64,000 nucleotides of DNA, from the NCBI GenBank assembly GCA_958296135.2, contig CATQHZ020000001.1:3168001-3232000 (forward strand). The letters are read 5' to 3'. The notes beneath the pieces are model-generated. The model was not told the DNA's origin. It ran no database searches and was given only the letters and a program-made list of their open reading frames with translations. This document shows, one piece after another, positions 1 through 8,275 of the stretch (position 1 is its first letter; every line of letters begins with the position of its first letter). Made by a program: the position numbers and the translations under genes. Source of the stretch: an uncultured Poribacteria bacterium (GTDB lineage: Bacteria; Poribacteria; WGA-4E; WGA-3G).

Positions 1-562
1 AGCCTTCGTTGAACGCGGTATTCGTTGGATCCGCGGCGAGATTCACAGCGACGGCTATTGGCGCGACCTTTGGCTATCCAAGCGGACTTACGGCACAGCG
101 TGTGCTATCATCGCGCTTGTCAAGGCAGGTGTGATGGAGGCACCGGAACTTGAGCAAGGTGCTTGCTGGCTAGAAAGCACGCAAAATGCAGATGGCGGTT
201 GGGGTGAAGATATGTTCGGGAATCCCACCGATAGCACGGTGGAGCAGACGGCGTGGAGCACTTACGCGCTTTTGTTGGCGGATGAGGCGCGCTTGGAACG
301 CGCGCCTCCCAGAGAATTCTCCGCGCACCGTAGCGCGAGGGAAACCTGTGCCTCGCAGAGCCGCACCCGGTTCCGGAATGCCGCACAAAAGGGAATTGAC
401 TTCCTCTGTCGGCATCAAACGGCGGAGGGCTCGTGGCAAGAGAGCTGCGTCGGTATCTATTGGGAGATTATCGGTGGATATGCCGACCCTATCTACGCCT
501 CCGTTTTTCCATTGTTGGCGCTGAATCAATACGTGCGGACATGTAACATCCTCAACCCGTAG
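1..562 (+). CDS. C-terminal part of a squalene-hopene/oxidosqualene cyclase-like (prenyltransferase repeat) protein, truncated by the window start
   Basis: Frame is open from position 2 (AFVERGIRWIRGEIHSDGYWRDLW...). QW-type motifs WLESTQNADGGWGE and GIDFLCRHQTAEGSW, plus STVEQTAW and a C-terminal Y...FPLLAL. Confidence 0.8.
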   Translation, partial: AFVERGIRWIRGEIHSDGYWRDLWLSKRTYGTACAIIALVKAGVMEAPELEQGACWLESTQNADGGWGEDMFGNPTDSTVEQTAWSTYALLLADEARLERAPPREFSAHRSARETCASQSRTRFRNAAQKGIDFLCRHQTAEGSWQESCVGIYWEIIGGYADPIYASVFPLLALNQYVRTCNILNP

Positions 563-620
563 GACGAGGGCCCGTTCCTCGCCATGCGTGGCACGCGGGG
601 GACAGGCCCCCGCGCTACGG
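558..620. repeat. GTAG-type REP doublet (REPIN-like inverted pair)
   Basis: cgtaggacgagggcccgttcctcgc...gcgggggacaggcccccgcgctacgg. Similar elements at 42290-42345 and 63849-63925. Confidence 0.7.
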
Positions 621-682
621 ACCGCGAACTATTCACCCAAAGAGTGAGGGGCTGTTCCTCGCAAGCATCCGACTCCAACAAC

Positions 683-1354
683 ATGATCTCCATTATCATC
701 CCAATTCTGAATGAGGAGAAAATTTTGGGCAAAACGCTCAATCGGCTTCAGCCAGAATTGGCAGACCACGAACTTATCATTGTTGATGGCGGCAGCACGG
801 ATGCCTCGGTCTGCATCGCGCGAAAATATGGAAAGGTAGTTCTCACCGAGCGCGGCCGCGCGAAACAGCTCAACGCGGGTGCCGCGGCGGCGAGCGGCGA
901 TATTCTCCTCTTCTTGCACGCGGATATTTGGCTTGAACCGGGCGCGCTGACCGCCGTAGAAGCCGCGCTTGCCAATGGATACGTCGGAGGGGCATTCCGC
1001 CAAAAGATTGACGGTAAACATTTTTTGTATCGTTTCATTGAGACAGTCGGCAACTTTCGTGCGAAACGCTTGAGAGTATTTTATGGGGATGGCGGTATTT
1101 TTCTGGCGCGCACCCGTTTTCAGCAGCTCGGCGGTTTTCCGGAAGTGCCGATTTTAGAAGAGATGCGATTCTCAAAGGGACTGCGCCGCCTCGGCAAAAC
1201 TACGCTTATTTCGCCGGGCATCCATATCTCATCGCGGCGATGGGAAGAAGGCGGCATCGTCCGGACAACGTTGAACAATTGGCTGATAACGCTGCTCTAT
1301 TTTCTGGGAGTTTCGCCGGCGCGGCTTGCGAAGTTGTATCGGCACATTCGGTAG
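683..1354 (+). CDS. GT2 glycosyltransferase, TIGR04283-like family
   Basis: MISIIIPILNEE, IIVDGGSTD, GRAKQLNAGA, LLFLHAD, YGDGGIF, SSRRWE motifs. Start moved to ATG 683. Confidence 0.85.
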   Translation: MISIIIPILNEEKILGKTLNRLQPELADHELIIVDGGSTDASVCIARKYGKVVLTERGRAKQLNAGAAAASGDILLFLHADIWLEPGALTAVEAALANGYVGGAFRQKIDGKHFLYRFIETVGNFRAKRLRVFYGDGGIFLARTRFQQLGGFPEVPILEEMRFSKGLRRLGKTTLISPGIHISSRRWEEGGIVRTTLNNWLITLLYFLGVSPARLAKLYRHIR

Positions 1355-1395
1355 GCACCCCCCATACACACCGCGTCAAGCCCGGGAGGGCTCTC

Positions 1396-2352
1396 CTACG
1401 GCTGCTTCATTTCACCCCAGACCGTGGTTAGCAACGACGCTTTCGGCGCAACAGGCAACGCCGCCGCATCAAACCAATCCGCATCGGTATTGTTTCCCTT
1501 GGTTGTGAGTCGTATCGGGTTCCCGCGTCCGGTCACAGCGACTTTGTAGAGCTGCGTCCGATGCCCCTCTTTTCTTTCATAAAGGATTTCATCGCCATGC
1601 GGCGACCAGGTTGGGTGGTTGACGATTCGTTCTTTCACTAAATGTCTCACGCTAGTCTCATCGCGGGGTGTGACATAGAGCGTCATTTTATCGTCAACTC
1701 GCAGCGGCCCGACGTGCCCTCTAGGCCACTCAAGCGCAACAAACGCAATCTTGTCGCCCGCCGGTGCCCAGGCGGGGTGTTTCATGATATATTTCTGTTT
1801 CCGAAGTAGCACGTCTACGGTGCCGGTGTAGACATTGATGAGGTAAATGTCCATACTCCGTCCCCAACCGTAGGCTATCTCGATTCCATCAGGAGACCAG
1901 GTTGGATAGGCATCTTTCCAATCTATCCGCGCTAATTGTTTGGCACCCACGCCGGTGCTCGTCGCAGTCTCTATCACGTTTTTGTCGGGCCGCACGTAAG
2001 CAATCTGGGTGCCATCAGGGGACCAGGTTGGTTCAGCGCGGTGTCTCAGGGTTTTAAAGACTGGGCGTACACCAGTTCCATCTGCACGCATCAGATACAA
2101 ATCTGGCACCCCATCGCGAGTTGAGACAAACAGGATATGCTTGCCATTGGGAGCCCAGGTCGGCTCGAAATCTTCAGCAGGGTGACGGGTTAAGTTCGTC
2201 TGCTTACTTCCATCAGGGTTCATGACGTAAATTTCCCTGTCGCCATCTCGGCTTGAGGTAAAAACAATCTTCCCCTCGGCCCGCGCAGCAATATGTTGGC
2301 ATAAGAGGGGGAGAGAAAGGAAGCAAAAAAGCGTTAGAGAGAGGCGTTTCAT
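1396..2352 (-). CDS. Secreted TolB-like PD40 beta-propeller protein with C-terminal TWG-like tail
   Basis: Signal peptide MKRLSLTLFCF, repeated P-x-W-S/A-P-D-G motifs, tail LPVAPKASLLTTVWGEMK. Confidence 0.85.
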   Translation of the reverse strand: MKRLSLTLFCFLSLPLLCQHIAARAEGKIVFTSSRDGDREIYVMNPDGSKQTNLTRHPAEDFEPTWAPNGKHILFVSTRDGVPDLYLMRADGTGVRPVFKTLRHRAEPTWSPDGTQIAYVRPDKNVIETATSTGVGAKQLARIDWKDAYPTWSPDGIEIAYGWGRSMDIYLINVYTGTVDVLLRKQKYIMKHPAWAPAGDKIAFVALEWPRGHVGPLRVDDKMTLYVTPRDETSVRHLVKERIVNHPTWSPHGDEILYERKEGHRTQLYKVAVTGRGNPIRLTTKGNNTDADWFDAAALPVAPKASLLTTVWGEMKQP

Positions 2353-2430
2353 GATAGTTTCCTCTGCACGATGAGTGGAAGATGAGTGCCGGGAGGGCAC
2401 GGGGCCCTCCCGACGCAAACGTGCGCGAAA

Positions 2431-3297
2431 TTAGCGAACCTGCTTGATCGAACCCCAGGTTGTCGCTAATTTGTTCTTGGCTTCGACATCAAACGTGCCG
2501 TTTTCTGCGAGCCAGTTGTTGATGAATTCGGCAACGCCGATACCGCGAATGTCGACTTTCTCCGCCCATTCCGGCGAGCCTCTCTGCCACATCGCGGCAA
2601 TCATGCCGGTTCCATCTTTACCCGGCGTTTTACTGACAGCAACCGCCGGATCTGCCGTGGTTTTATCGGCTTCGGCAAAGACGACGACATCCCAATCCGA
2701 GCCCTTGAATTGCTCGAGGTGCCACGGACGGGTAGACTTGAACGCCTTCATCGATGGGATAGCCTGCTTGCCGAGGTCTGTCGGTTCAAAGTTGGCCCCC
2801 CGGTCGCTAAAACTCAAGCCGGGGATATCAAAGACATTTGCGGCTCCCTGTTCGCCGTTATCGGGGCTCCGCACGCCGCCTTCGTAACTCATGTAGAAAA
2901 TCCAGTCGGCAACGTTAATGACGACATTGCCTTCTTCAATGAAGTTTTCCACGTTAGAGCCATCCGGCTTTTTGTTTGGGAACGGATACAACGCGCTCGG
3001 TGAGGTGCCGCACGCGAGGATGATAACGTCTTGCTGGCCGTTGCCGGTATGCTCCACGCACCACTTCGCGAGTGGGGAATCGTCGCCCTCTTCATCACCA
3101 TCACCGAAATCTTTGATGTCGTTGAAGAGAGCCTTGATACCGGGGTCTGCACTGATAGCCTTGACGTTTTTGGCAACTGCAGCGTCCGAAATCCAACCGG
3201 GATTCGTCGGGCCTGAGTAAAATGCCAGGTCATTGGCTTGGACTATAGCCATGCTGCTCACAAGAGCGAAGATGGCTAGACTTACATAGAATTTCAT
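2431..3297 (-). CDS. Secreted protein of unknown function with TWG tail, paralog of 3393-4268
   Basis: Signal peptide MKFYVSLAIF, RBS GGAGG, long identical blocks shared with the neighbour, tail VEAKNKLATTWGSIK. Confidence 0.85.
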   Translation of the reverse strand: MKFYVSLAIFALVSSMAIVQANDLAFYSGPTNPGWISDAAVAKNVKAISADPGIKALFNDIKDFGDGDEEGDDSPLAKWCVEHTGNGQQDVIILACGTSPSALYPFPNKKPDGSNVENFIEEGNVVINVADWIFYMSYEGGVRSPDNGEQGAANVFDIPGLSFSDRGANFEPTDLGKQAIPSMKAFKSTRPWHLEQFKGSDWDVVVFAEADKTTADPAVAVSKTPGKDGTGMIAAMWQRGSPEWAEKVDIRGIGVAEFINNWLAENGTFDVEAKNKLATTWGSIKQVR

Positions 3298-3392
3298 GAT
3301 ATGCAATTCCTCCAGATTGTTGGAGCGGTTCGTTAGAAACCGCTCCATCTCTATTGATGTCATCTCATAAACGCCGTTTACGAGATGGGTCT

Positions 3393-4268
3393 CTAGCGAC
3401 CGGATTTGAGTTTGCCCCAGGTTGTCGCTACTTTATCCTGAGGTTCTACCGGGGTTGTGGTGATTTCGCCGTTTTCGACGAGCCAATTGGCGATAAATTC
3501 AATAACGCCGGTGGCTCTCGGGTCATCGCCCTCCCAGGCGGGTTGTGCTTTCTGCCACATCGCGGCGACGATAGCGCCGTCTGTCAGGTTCACCGCGACG
3601 GCCGGGTCTGCAGAATCCGGGTCATCGTTTGAGACAGCGAACGCCGTGACTTCCCAGTCGGTGCCTTCAAACTGCTCAAGGTGCCACGGCCGGTCGGACT
3701 GAAACTCCACCAGCGATGGGATATATTTCTGGCCCATTTCGGTGGGGACTGCTGGGCCGCCTCGATTGCCAAAGCTGAGTCCCGGAATATCAAAGACGTT
3801 AGCGGCACCATCTGCGCCATTATCGGCACTTCGCGAACCGCCTTCATAACTCATATATAGAATCCAATCGGCGACGTTGATGAAGACGTTCCCATCCTCA
3901 AGGAAGTTTTCGATGTTGGAACCGTCGGGATCGGCGTTTGGGAATTGGTAAATCGCGCTCGGGGCGGTGCCGGAAGCGGCGATGAAGACATCTTGCTGGC
4001 CGTTGCCGGTGTGTTCCTGCATCCACAGGCCTAGCGGGGAGTCGTATCCGACTTCGTCGCCATCTCCGTAGATGTTAATAGTTTCAAAGATGGCTTTCAT
4101 ATCGGCATCGTTTGCGATTGTCTCACCGTTCGCGATGGCGGCTTCCTGCGAGATCCAGCCGGGGTTCGTTGGCCCCGAGTAGATTGCCAAATCTGCCGCG
4201 GACGCGCTGGACAGGCCAATGAGTGCAAGCGATAAGCTCAGTATCGCCGTGAGGAAAATTTGTCGCAT
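3393..4268 (-). CDS. Secreted protein of unknown function with TWG tail, paralog of 2431-3297
   Basis: Signal peptide ending ASA-ADL, RBS AAGGAG, tail PVEPQDKVATTWGKLK. Confidence 0.85.
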   Translation of the reverse strand: MRQIFLTAILSLSLALIGLSSASAADLAIYSGPTNPGWISQEAAIANGETIANDADMKAIFETINIYGDGDEVGYDSPLGLWMQEHTGNGQQDVFIAASGTAPSAIYQFPNADPDGSNIENFLEDGNVFINVADWILYMSYEGGSRSADNGADGAANVFDIPGLSFGNRGGPAVPTEMGQKYIPSLVEFQSDRPWHLEQFEGTDWEVTAFAVSNDDPDSADPAVAVNLTDGAIVAAMWQKAQPAWEGDDPRATGVIEFIANWLVENGEITTTPVEPQDKVATTWGKLKSGR

Positions 4269-4650
4269 GAATTATCTCCTTTTTGTTGTCCATTGGGATT
4301 GCGTAGGCCGGATGCATATTGCGCTTCCGCCCATGCAAGCAAATAGAATAGCCCGCGACAAAACTCCCTGTGTGAGACAGAGAGTGTGCGGGCACAAATG
4401 TAGTGACAGGACGGCAACAGCTGCCGACGCGTCGTTGTTACGATAAAAATGATAACGGGCGTTAAGTGAGGGGGGGGTGAAGCGTCGCGAGCGCGAGCGT
4501 CAAAGGCACAGCAAAGCGCGAAGAGGGGCCATCCCCACCACGAGTGGAGCCTCCCTTGCGCGTTCCCTATTTTCGCTGAAGTGTGGACATTGCGGTTTTT
4601 CACGCTCGTTCTTCCGTTTTTCAGAAAGTGGGACTTGTGCGAAACGAACC

Positions 4651-4714
4651 CCGTAGGCGCGGTTTTTCGCCGCGCGCCGGGCTATGTGCGCGCGTTGCAA
4701 GCGCGCCTACCGGC
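4651..4714. repeat. GTAG-type REP doublet, second family (gtaggcgcg...cgcgcctac)
   Basis: Inverted pair. Related copies near 35135, 53640, 54081-54111, 55025-55050 and 61160-61188. Confidence 0.7.
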
Positions 4715-4746
4715 AGTAGATTTTCGCGTAAGTCCTGTTACATTAA

Positions 4747-4776
4747 AGTATACCCTAAAAAGCGAATTCATGTCAA
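4747..4776 (-). promoter_or_regulatory. Putative sigma70 promoter
   Basis: TTGACA-N18-TATACT on the minus strand. Confidence 0.55.
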
Positions 4777-4789
4777 CGCTTTTGGTCGA

Positions 4790-5518
4790 CTATCGTTTGA
4801 GGTCCCCCCACGTCACGGCGAGTTTGCCATGCGGTTCAACCGCGAGGTTTACCCCGTTCGGGTTATCGTAAAGGTAAAGGTTGTCGATGTAATAGTGCTG
4901 GAGCTGGTTGGTATGAATCCCGAGGACCCCCTTCGGATGGAGATTTTTCGGGTCGCTCCATTCTATTACCTTTTCAAATACGAGCGCGCCCTGCTCCTTG
5001 ATGTAGAACTGGAAGTCTTTGCCATCGCCAAGCAACGCGAGCGTATACCATGACATCGTTTGCACCGGGAACGGGAATTCGGCCCGGTGTTCGCGATACT
5101 CGTTCCAGGTGCCCCGGTCGTTTCCTTCCCGTTTATACCAGCGAGCGGAATTCGGGCGGCCAAACCCATCAATCGGCGTGATAATCAATTGATAGAAGTG
5201 GTAGTCCTCGTTGGCGCGAAACAGGAGTTCCATCTTGCTTGGGGCCGGGTCATTTAGCAATTGGAAATCGAGTCGGAGCCCGAAGTCTTCAAACGCTATC
5301 AGGCCATAGCCAAAATCCATGGGGCCGTTGCCGTCCCCGCCTAACCGGAGGATTTCCAGTTTGCCGTTCTTAATGTCCCATGATTCGTCCTGGCCTTTCC
5401 AATATTTATTGTTGAGTTTCCCTTTAAATTCGTCTGCCACGAGGAGTTCTGCGCCACTCGTCTGACACAGAAGCATCACGGATGCGAGCAGGCAGGAAAG
5501 AATAACAATTTTTCGCAC
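4790..5518 (-). CDS. Secreted beta-sandwich (DUF1080/LamG-like) protein with TWG tail
   Basis: GTG start with RBS AGGGAGG, signal peptide, beta-rich core ending YIDNLYLY, tail LAVEPHGKLAVTWGDLKR. Confidence 0.75.
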   Translation of the reverse strand: MRKIVILSCLLASVMLLCQTSGAELLVADEFKGKLNNKYWKGQDESWDIKNGKLEILRLGGDGNGPMDFGYGLIAFEDFGLRLDFQLLNDPAPSKMELLFRANEDYHFYQLIITPIDGFGRPNSARWYKREGNDRGTWNEYREHRAEFPFPVQTMSWYTLALLGDGKDFQFYIKEQGALVFEKVIEWSDPKNLHPKGVLGIHTNQLQHYYIDNLYLYDNPNGVNLAVEPHGKLAVTWGDLKR

Positions 5519-5553
5519 AGCGATTTCCTCCCTTAAAATGAAAGTTACCGTTA

Positions 5554-5583
5554 ATTATAACCTATTGGAGCGGTATTTGTCAA
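5554..5583 (-). promoter_or_regulatory. Putative sigma70 promoter
   Basis: TTGACA-N18-TATAAT on the minus strand, upstream of 5518. Confidence 0.6.
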
Positions 5584-5664
5584 GTTTTTTTGCAAAATGC
5601 CGCGAAAAATGTTATTTTTTAATGAGACACGCGAAATCAAAAAAGGTTCGCGAAGGGGCAGAAG

Positions 5665-6552
5665 ATGAAATTGAAACGTAAAACCACTAACTGTTGGATG
5701 CAAATCGGGCTCGCTTTCGTGCTGCTCAGCCTTAGCGTTACATCCCTTGCAGCGTTGCCGCCTGTCATCGTCAATGAGAATGATGGCGGGGAGATGGTGC
5801 TGATTCCGGCGGGTTCTTATCTCATGGGCAGCACACCGGCACAGACCGCGGTGCTGGTGGCGAAGGACGCGCGGCTCTCCCCCGATTTTTTCCACGCCGA
5901 AATTCCGCAGCACTCGCTAGAGCTCTCGGCATTCTACATCGACCGGTATCCGGTGACGAACGCGCAGTATGCGGCTTTTATGGCGGCGACCGGGCATCCT
6001 GCGCCGAAATATTGGACGCACGCGCCGCAGATGGGAGCGGAGGAACCGTTTCCGGTCGGTTCGCTGCACGGCGGACATCCAGTTGTCGGTGTCTCTTACG
6101 CCGATGCCCTGGCATATTGCAAATGGGCAGGGAAACGGCTGCCGATGGAGGCGGAATGGGAGAAAGCGGCGCGCGGCGGACTCGTCAATCAGCAGTATCC
6201 GTGGGGCAATGAACCCTCCCGCGCCCACGCCAACACCGCCGGCATCTGGGGAAAAGATAGGTGGCATTGGACAGCGGTTGTCGGCAGCTTCCTTCCGAAC
6301 GCCTACGGCTTACACGATATGGCGGGCAACGTGTTTGAATGGTGCGCCGATTGGTATGCCGCCGATTACTATCAGCGGAGCCCGGCTCAGAATCCGCAGG
6401 GCCCCGAAACGGGCCAGACGCGCGTCTTGCGCGGCGGCTCATGGAGCAACAATATCCTCGGCATTTATCAGATGCGGTGTGCTTATCGGTTCCACGCGCG
6501 TCCTGATACTCGCAACCTGATTATCGGTTTTCGGTGTGCTGCCACGCCGTAA
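5665..6552 (+). CDS. Formylglycine-generating enzyme family (SUMF1/FGE-sulfatase) domain protein
   Basis: MVLIPAGSYLMGS, YPVTNAQY, RLPMEAEWEKAARG, GLHDMAGNVFEW, RVLRGGSW, IGFRCA. Confidence 0.92.
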   Translation: MKLKRKTTNCWMQIGLAFVLLSLSVTSLAALPPVIVNENDGGEMVLIPAGSYLMGSTPAQTAVLVAKDARLSPDFFHAEIPQHSLELSAFYIDRYPVTNAQYAAFMAATGHPAPKYWTHAPQMGAEEPFPVGSLHGGHPVVGVSYADALAYCKWAGKRLPMEAEWEKAARGGLVNQQYPWGNEPSRAHANTAGIWGKDRWHWTAVVGSFLPNAYGLHDMAGNVFEWCADWYAADYYQRSPAQNPQGPETGQTRVLRGGSWSNNILGIYQMRCAYRFHARPDTRNLIIGFRCAATP

Positions 6553-6640
6553 CCCGCAATGCACCTCTGTCGTTCGGGCTCGTCTAAGCCCGAACGAATC
6601 AAAATCAGATGAAGCGGGCGGAGATGCACGACATCCACGC

Positions 6641-8275
6641 TTACAGCCCCATTAATTCATCAACTCCCTCCACAACTTTCAAAAACCGATTCGCCTGCAC
6701 ATCCGCAAATCGCTGCACGGTGCCGCTCGGCCATCGAATCTCTAGTGCGACGTTGTCCCGTCTGCCGAGCCCGAAATGCACGCGCATGTCGTTTTGGGAC
6801 AGATAACTTGAGCCGCTCCGAACCTCTCGCACTTGGCGTTGCTCGCCAGCGGTGAGTAGGACGCGCGCGCCGATCGCGGCGCCACTCAGCGTGAGGGTTA
6901 ACCAATTCCCCGCGCGGTCCCCGCCTTCGTTCCGCAGCATATCCACACCTTCTCCAACGTTTGAGACGACGATATCCAGATCGCCGTCGTTATCCAGATC
7001 GCCCACTGCACTGCCGCGACTGGAACGAATCAACGCCAACCCAGAACCGCTCTCCTCGGCGACATCGATGAACGTGCCATCGCCTTTGTTCCAGAAGAGG
7101 TGGTTTCGCTGCGCATACGTCGTTGAGCTATCGATGAGCGTGACGTTGTCGTGGATATGTCCGTTCGCGACGAAGATATCCTGAAACCCATCCTGGTCAA
7201 AGTCAAAGAAATTCACACCCCATGCTAAATAGGGGCGGCTGACGGTTCCAGTGCGCGAGGCATCCGTTCTGTCTGTGAAGAACCCATCGCTGTCATTGTG
7301 ATAGAGCGTGTTGGTTTGGTGCTGGAAGTTGGTAACCCCGAGGTCCAGGCGCGTGTCGTTATCGTAATCACCGAAGGCGACACCCATGCCGTTTTCAACC
7401 AATCCATGCTCGCTGAGCGCGACCCCGGCGAGTTGGCTCTGCTCCTGAAACCTGCCGGTCCCGTCGTTGATATAGAGGAAATTCGCATCCGCGTCGTTGG
7501 CGACGTAAAGGTCTGCATCGCCATCGTCGTCGACATCGCCGAAGGTTACGCCGAGGCCGCGCGCCGCAAAAGTGCCGAACCCGGCCTCATGCGTCGCCTC
7601 GGTAAACGTGCCATCGCCGTTATTGCGGAAGAAAACGTCTTTCACGCCGTCATACGCACGCGGACTGCAGTAGACTAGAATGCCGTTAACCCGGCACGGC
7701 GTATGCGTCTCCACTGAAAATGTGACGTAGTTCGCGACGTAGAGCTCTAGGGTGCCGTCCGCGTCCACGTCTGCGAAGGCACAGCCCGCGCTCCACGCCG
7801 GTACATCAACGCCTGCCGCTGCTGTTGTGTCTGTGAAAGTGCCATCGCCATTATTCCGATAAAGCACGTTCGGCCCGAAGTTCGTCACGTAAATATCCAA
7901 CCATCCGTCGTTATCGTAATCGCCTGCGCAGACACCTACCCCGTAGCCGCGGTGTCCTACCCTGCTTGCTTTGGTAACATCAACAAATTGCCAGTTTCCA
8001 TCGTTGCGGTAGAGGCGATTCATCGCGCCGGTATTGGCAGCATCCAAGTCCGCGCCGTTGACGAGGTAGATATCGATATCGTTGTCGTTATCGTAATCAA
8101 ACAGCGCAACCCCGGAGCCAAGCGTTTCGACGAAATACTTTTTGTAGCCGCGTCCATCTTCGTGCCTGAAGTTAACGCCGCTTTGCGCGGTTGCGTCTGT
8201 GAATGTGACAGCCGGTTGCGCGTGCGCAGGGGAGATAATGAGAAAGATGGAGAAGAATAGGTGTGCGATTTTCAT
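6641..8275 (-). CDS. CRTAC1 / ASPIC-UnbV family FG-GAP repeat protein
   Basis: Signal peptide, repeated DYDNDG-x-x-DLYV motifs, C-terminal SYLSQND..VHFGLG and IRWPSG. Confidence 0.92.
   Translation of the reverse strand: MKIAHLFFSIFLIISPAHAQPAVTFTDATAQSGVNFRHEDGRGYKKYFVETLGSGVALFDYDNDNDIDIYLVNGADLDAANTGAMNRLYRNDGNWQFVDVTKASRVGHRGYGVGVCAGDYDNDGWLDIYVTNFGPNVLYRNNGDGTFTDTTAAAGVDVPAWSAGCAFADVDADGTLELYVANYVTFSVETHTPCRVNGILVYCSPRAYDGVKDVFFRNNGDGTFTEATHEAGFGTFAARGLGVTFGDVDDDGDADLYVANDADANFLYINDGTGRFQEQSQLAGVALSEHGLVENGMGVAFGDYDNDTRLDLGVTNFQHQTNTLYHNDSDGFFTDRTDASRTGTVSRPYLAWGVNFFDFDQDGFQDIFVANGHIHDNVTLIDSSTTYAQRNHLFWNKGDGTFIDVAEESGSGLALIRSSRGSAVGDLDNDGDLDIVVSNVGEGVDMLRNEGGDRAGNWLTLTLSGAAIGARVLLTAGEQRQVREVRSGSSYLSQNDMRVHFGLGRRDNVALEIRWPSGTVQRFADVQANRFLKVVEGVDELMGL

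Noticed and set aside
4500-4580. Cobalamin riboswitch suggested by AATAGGGAA on the minus strand
   Set aside because: The following GGTG/AATCC and B12-box elements are not recognisable.
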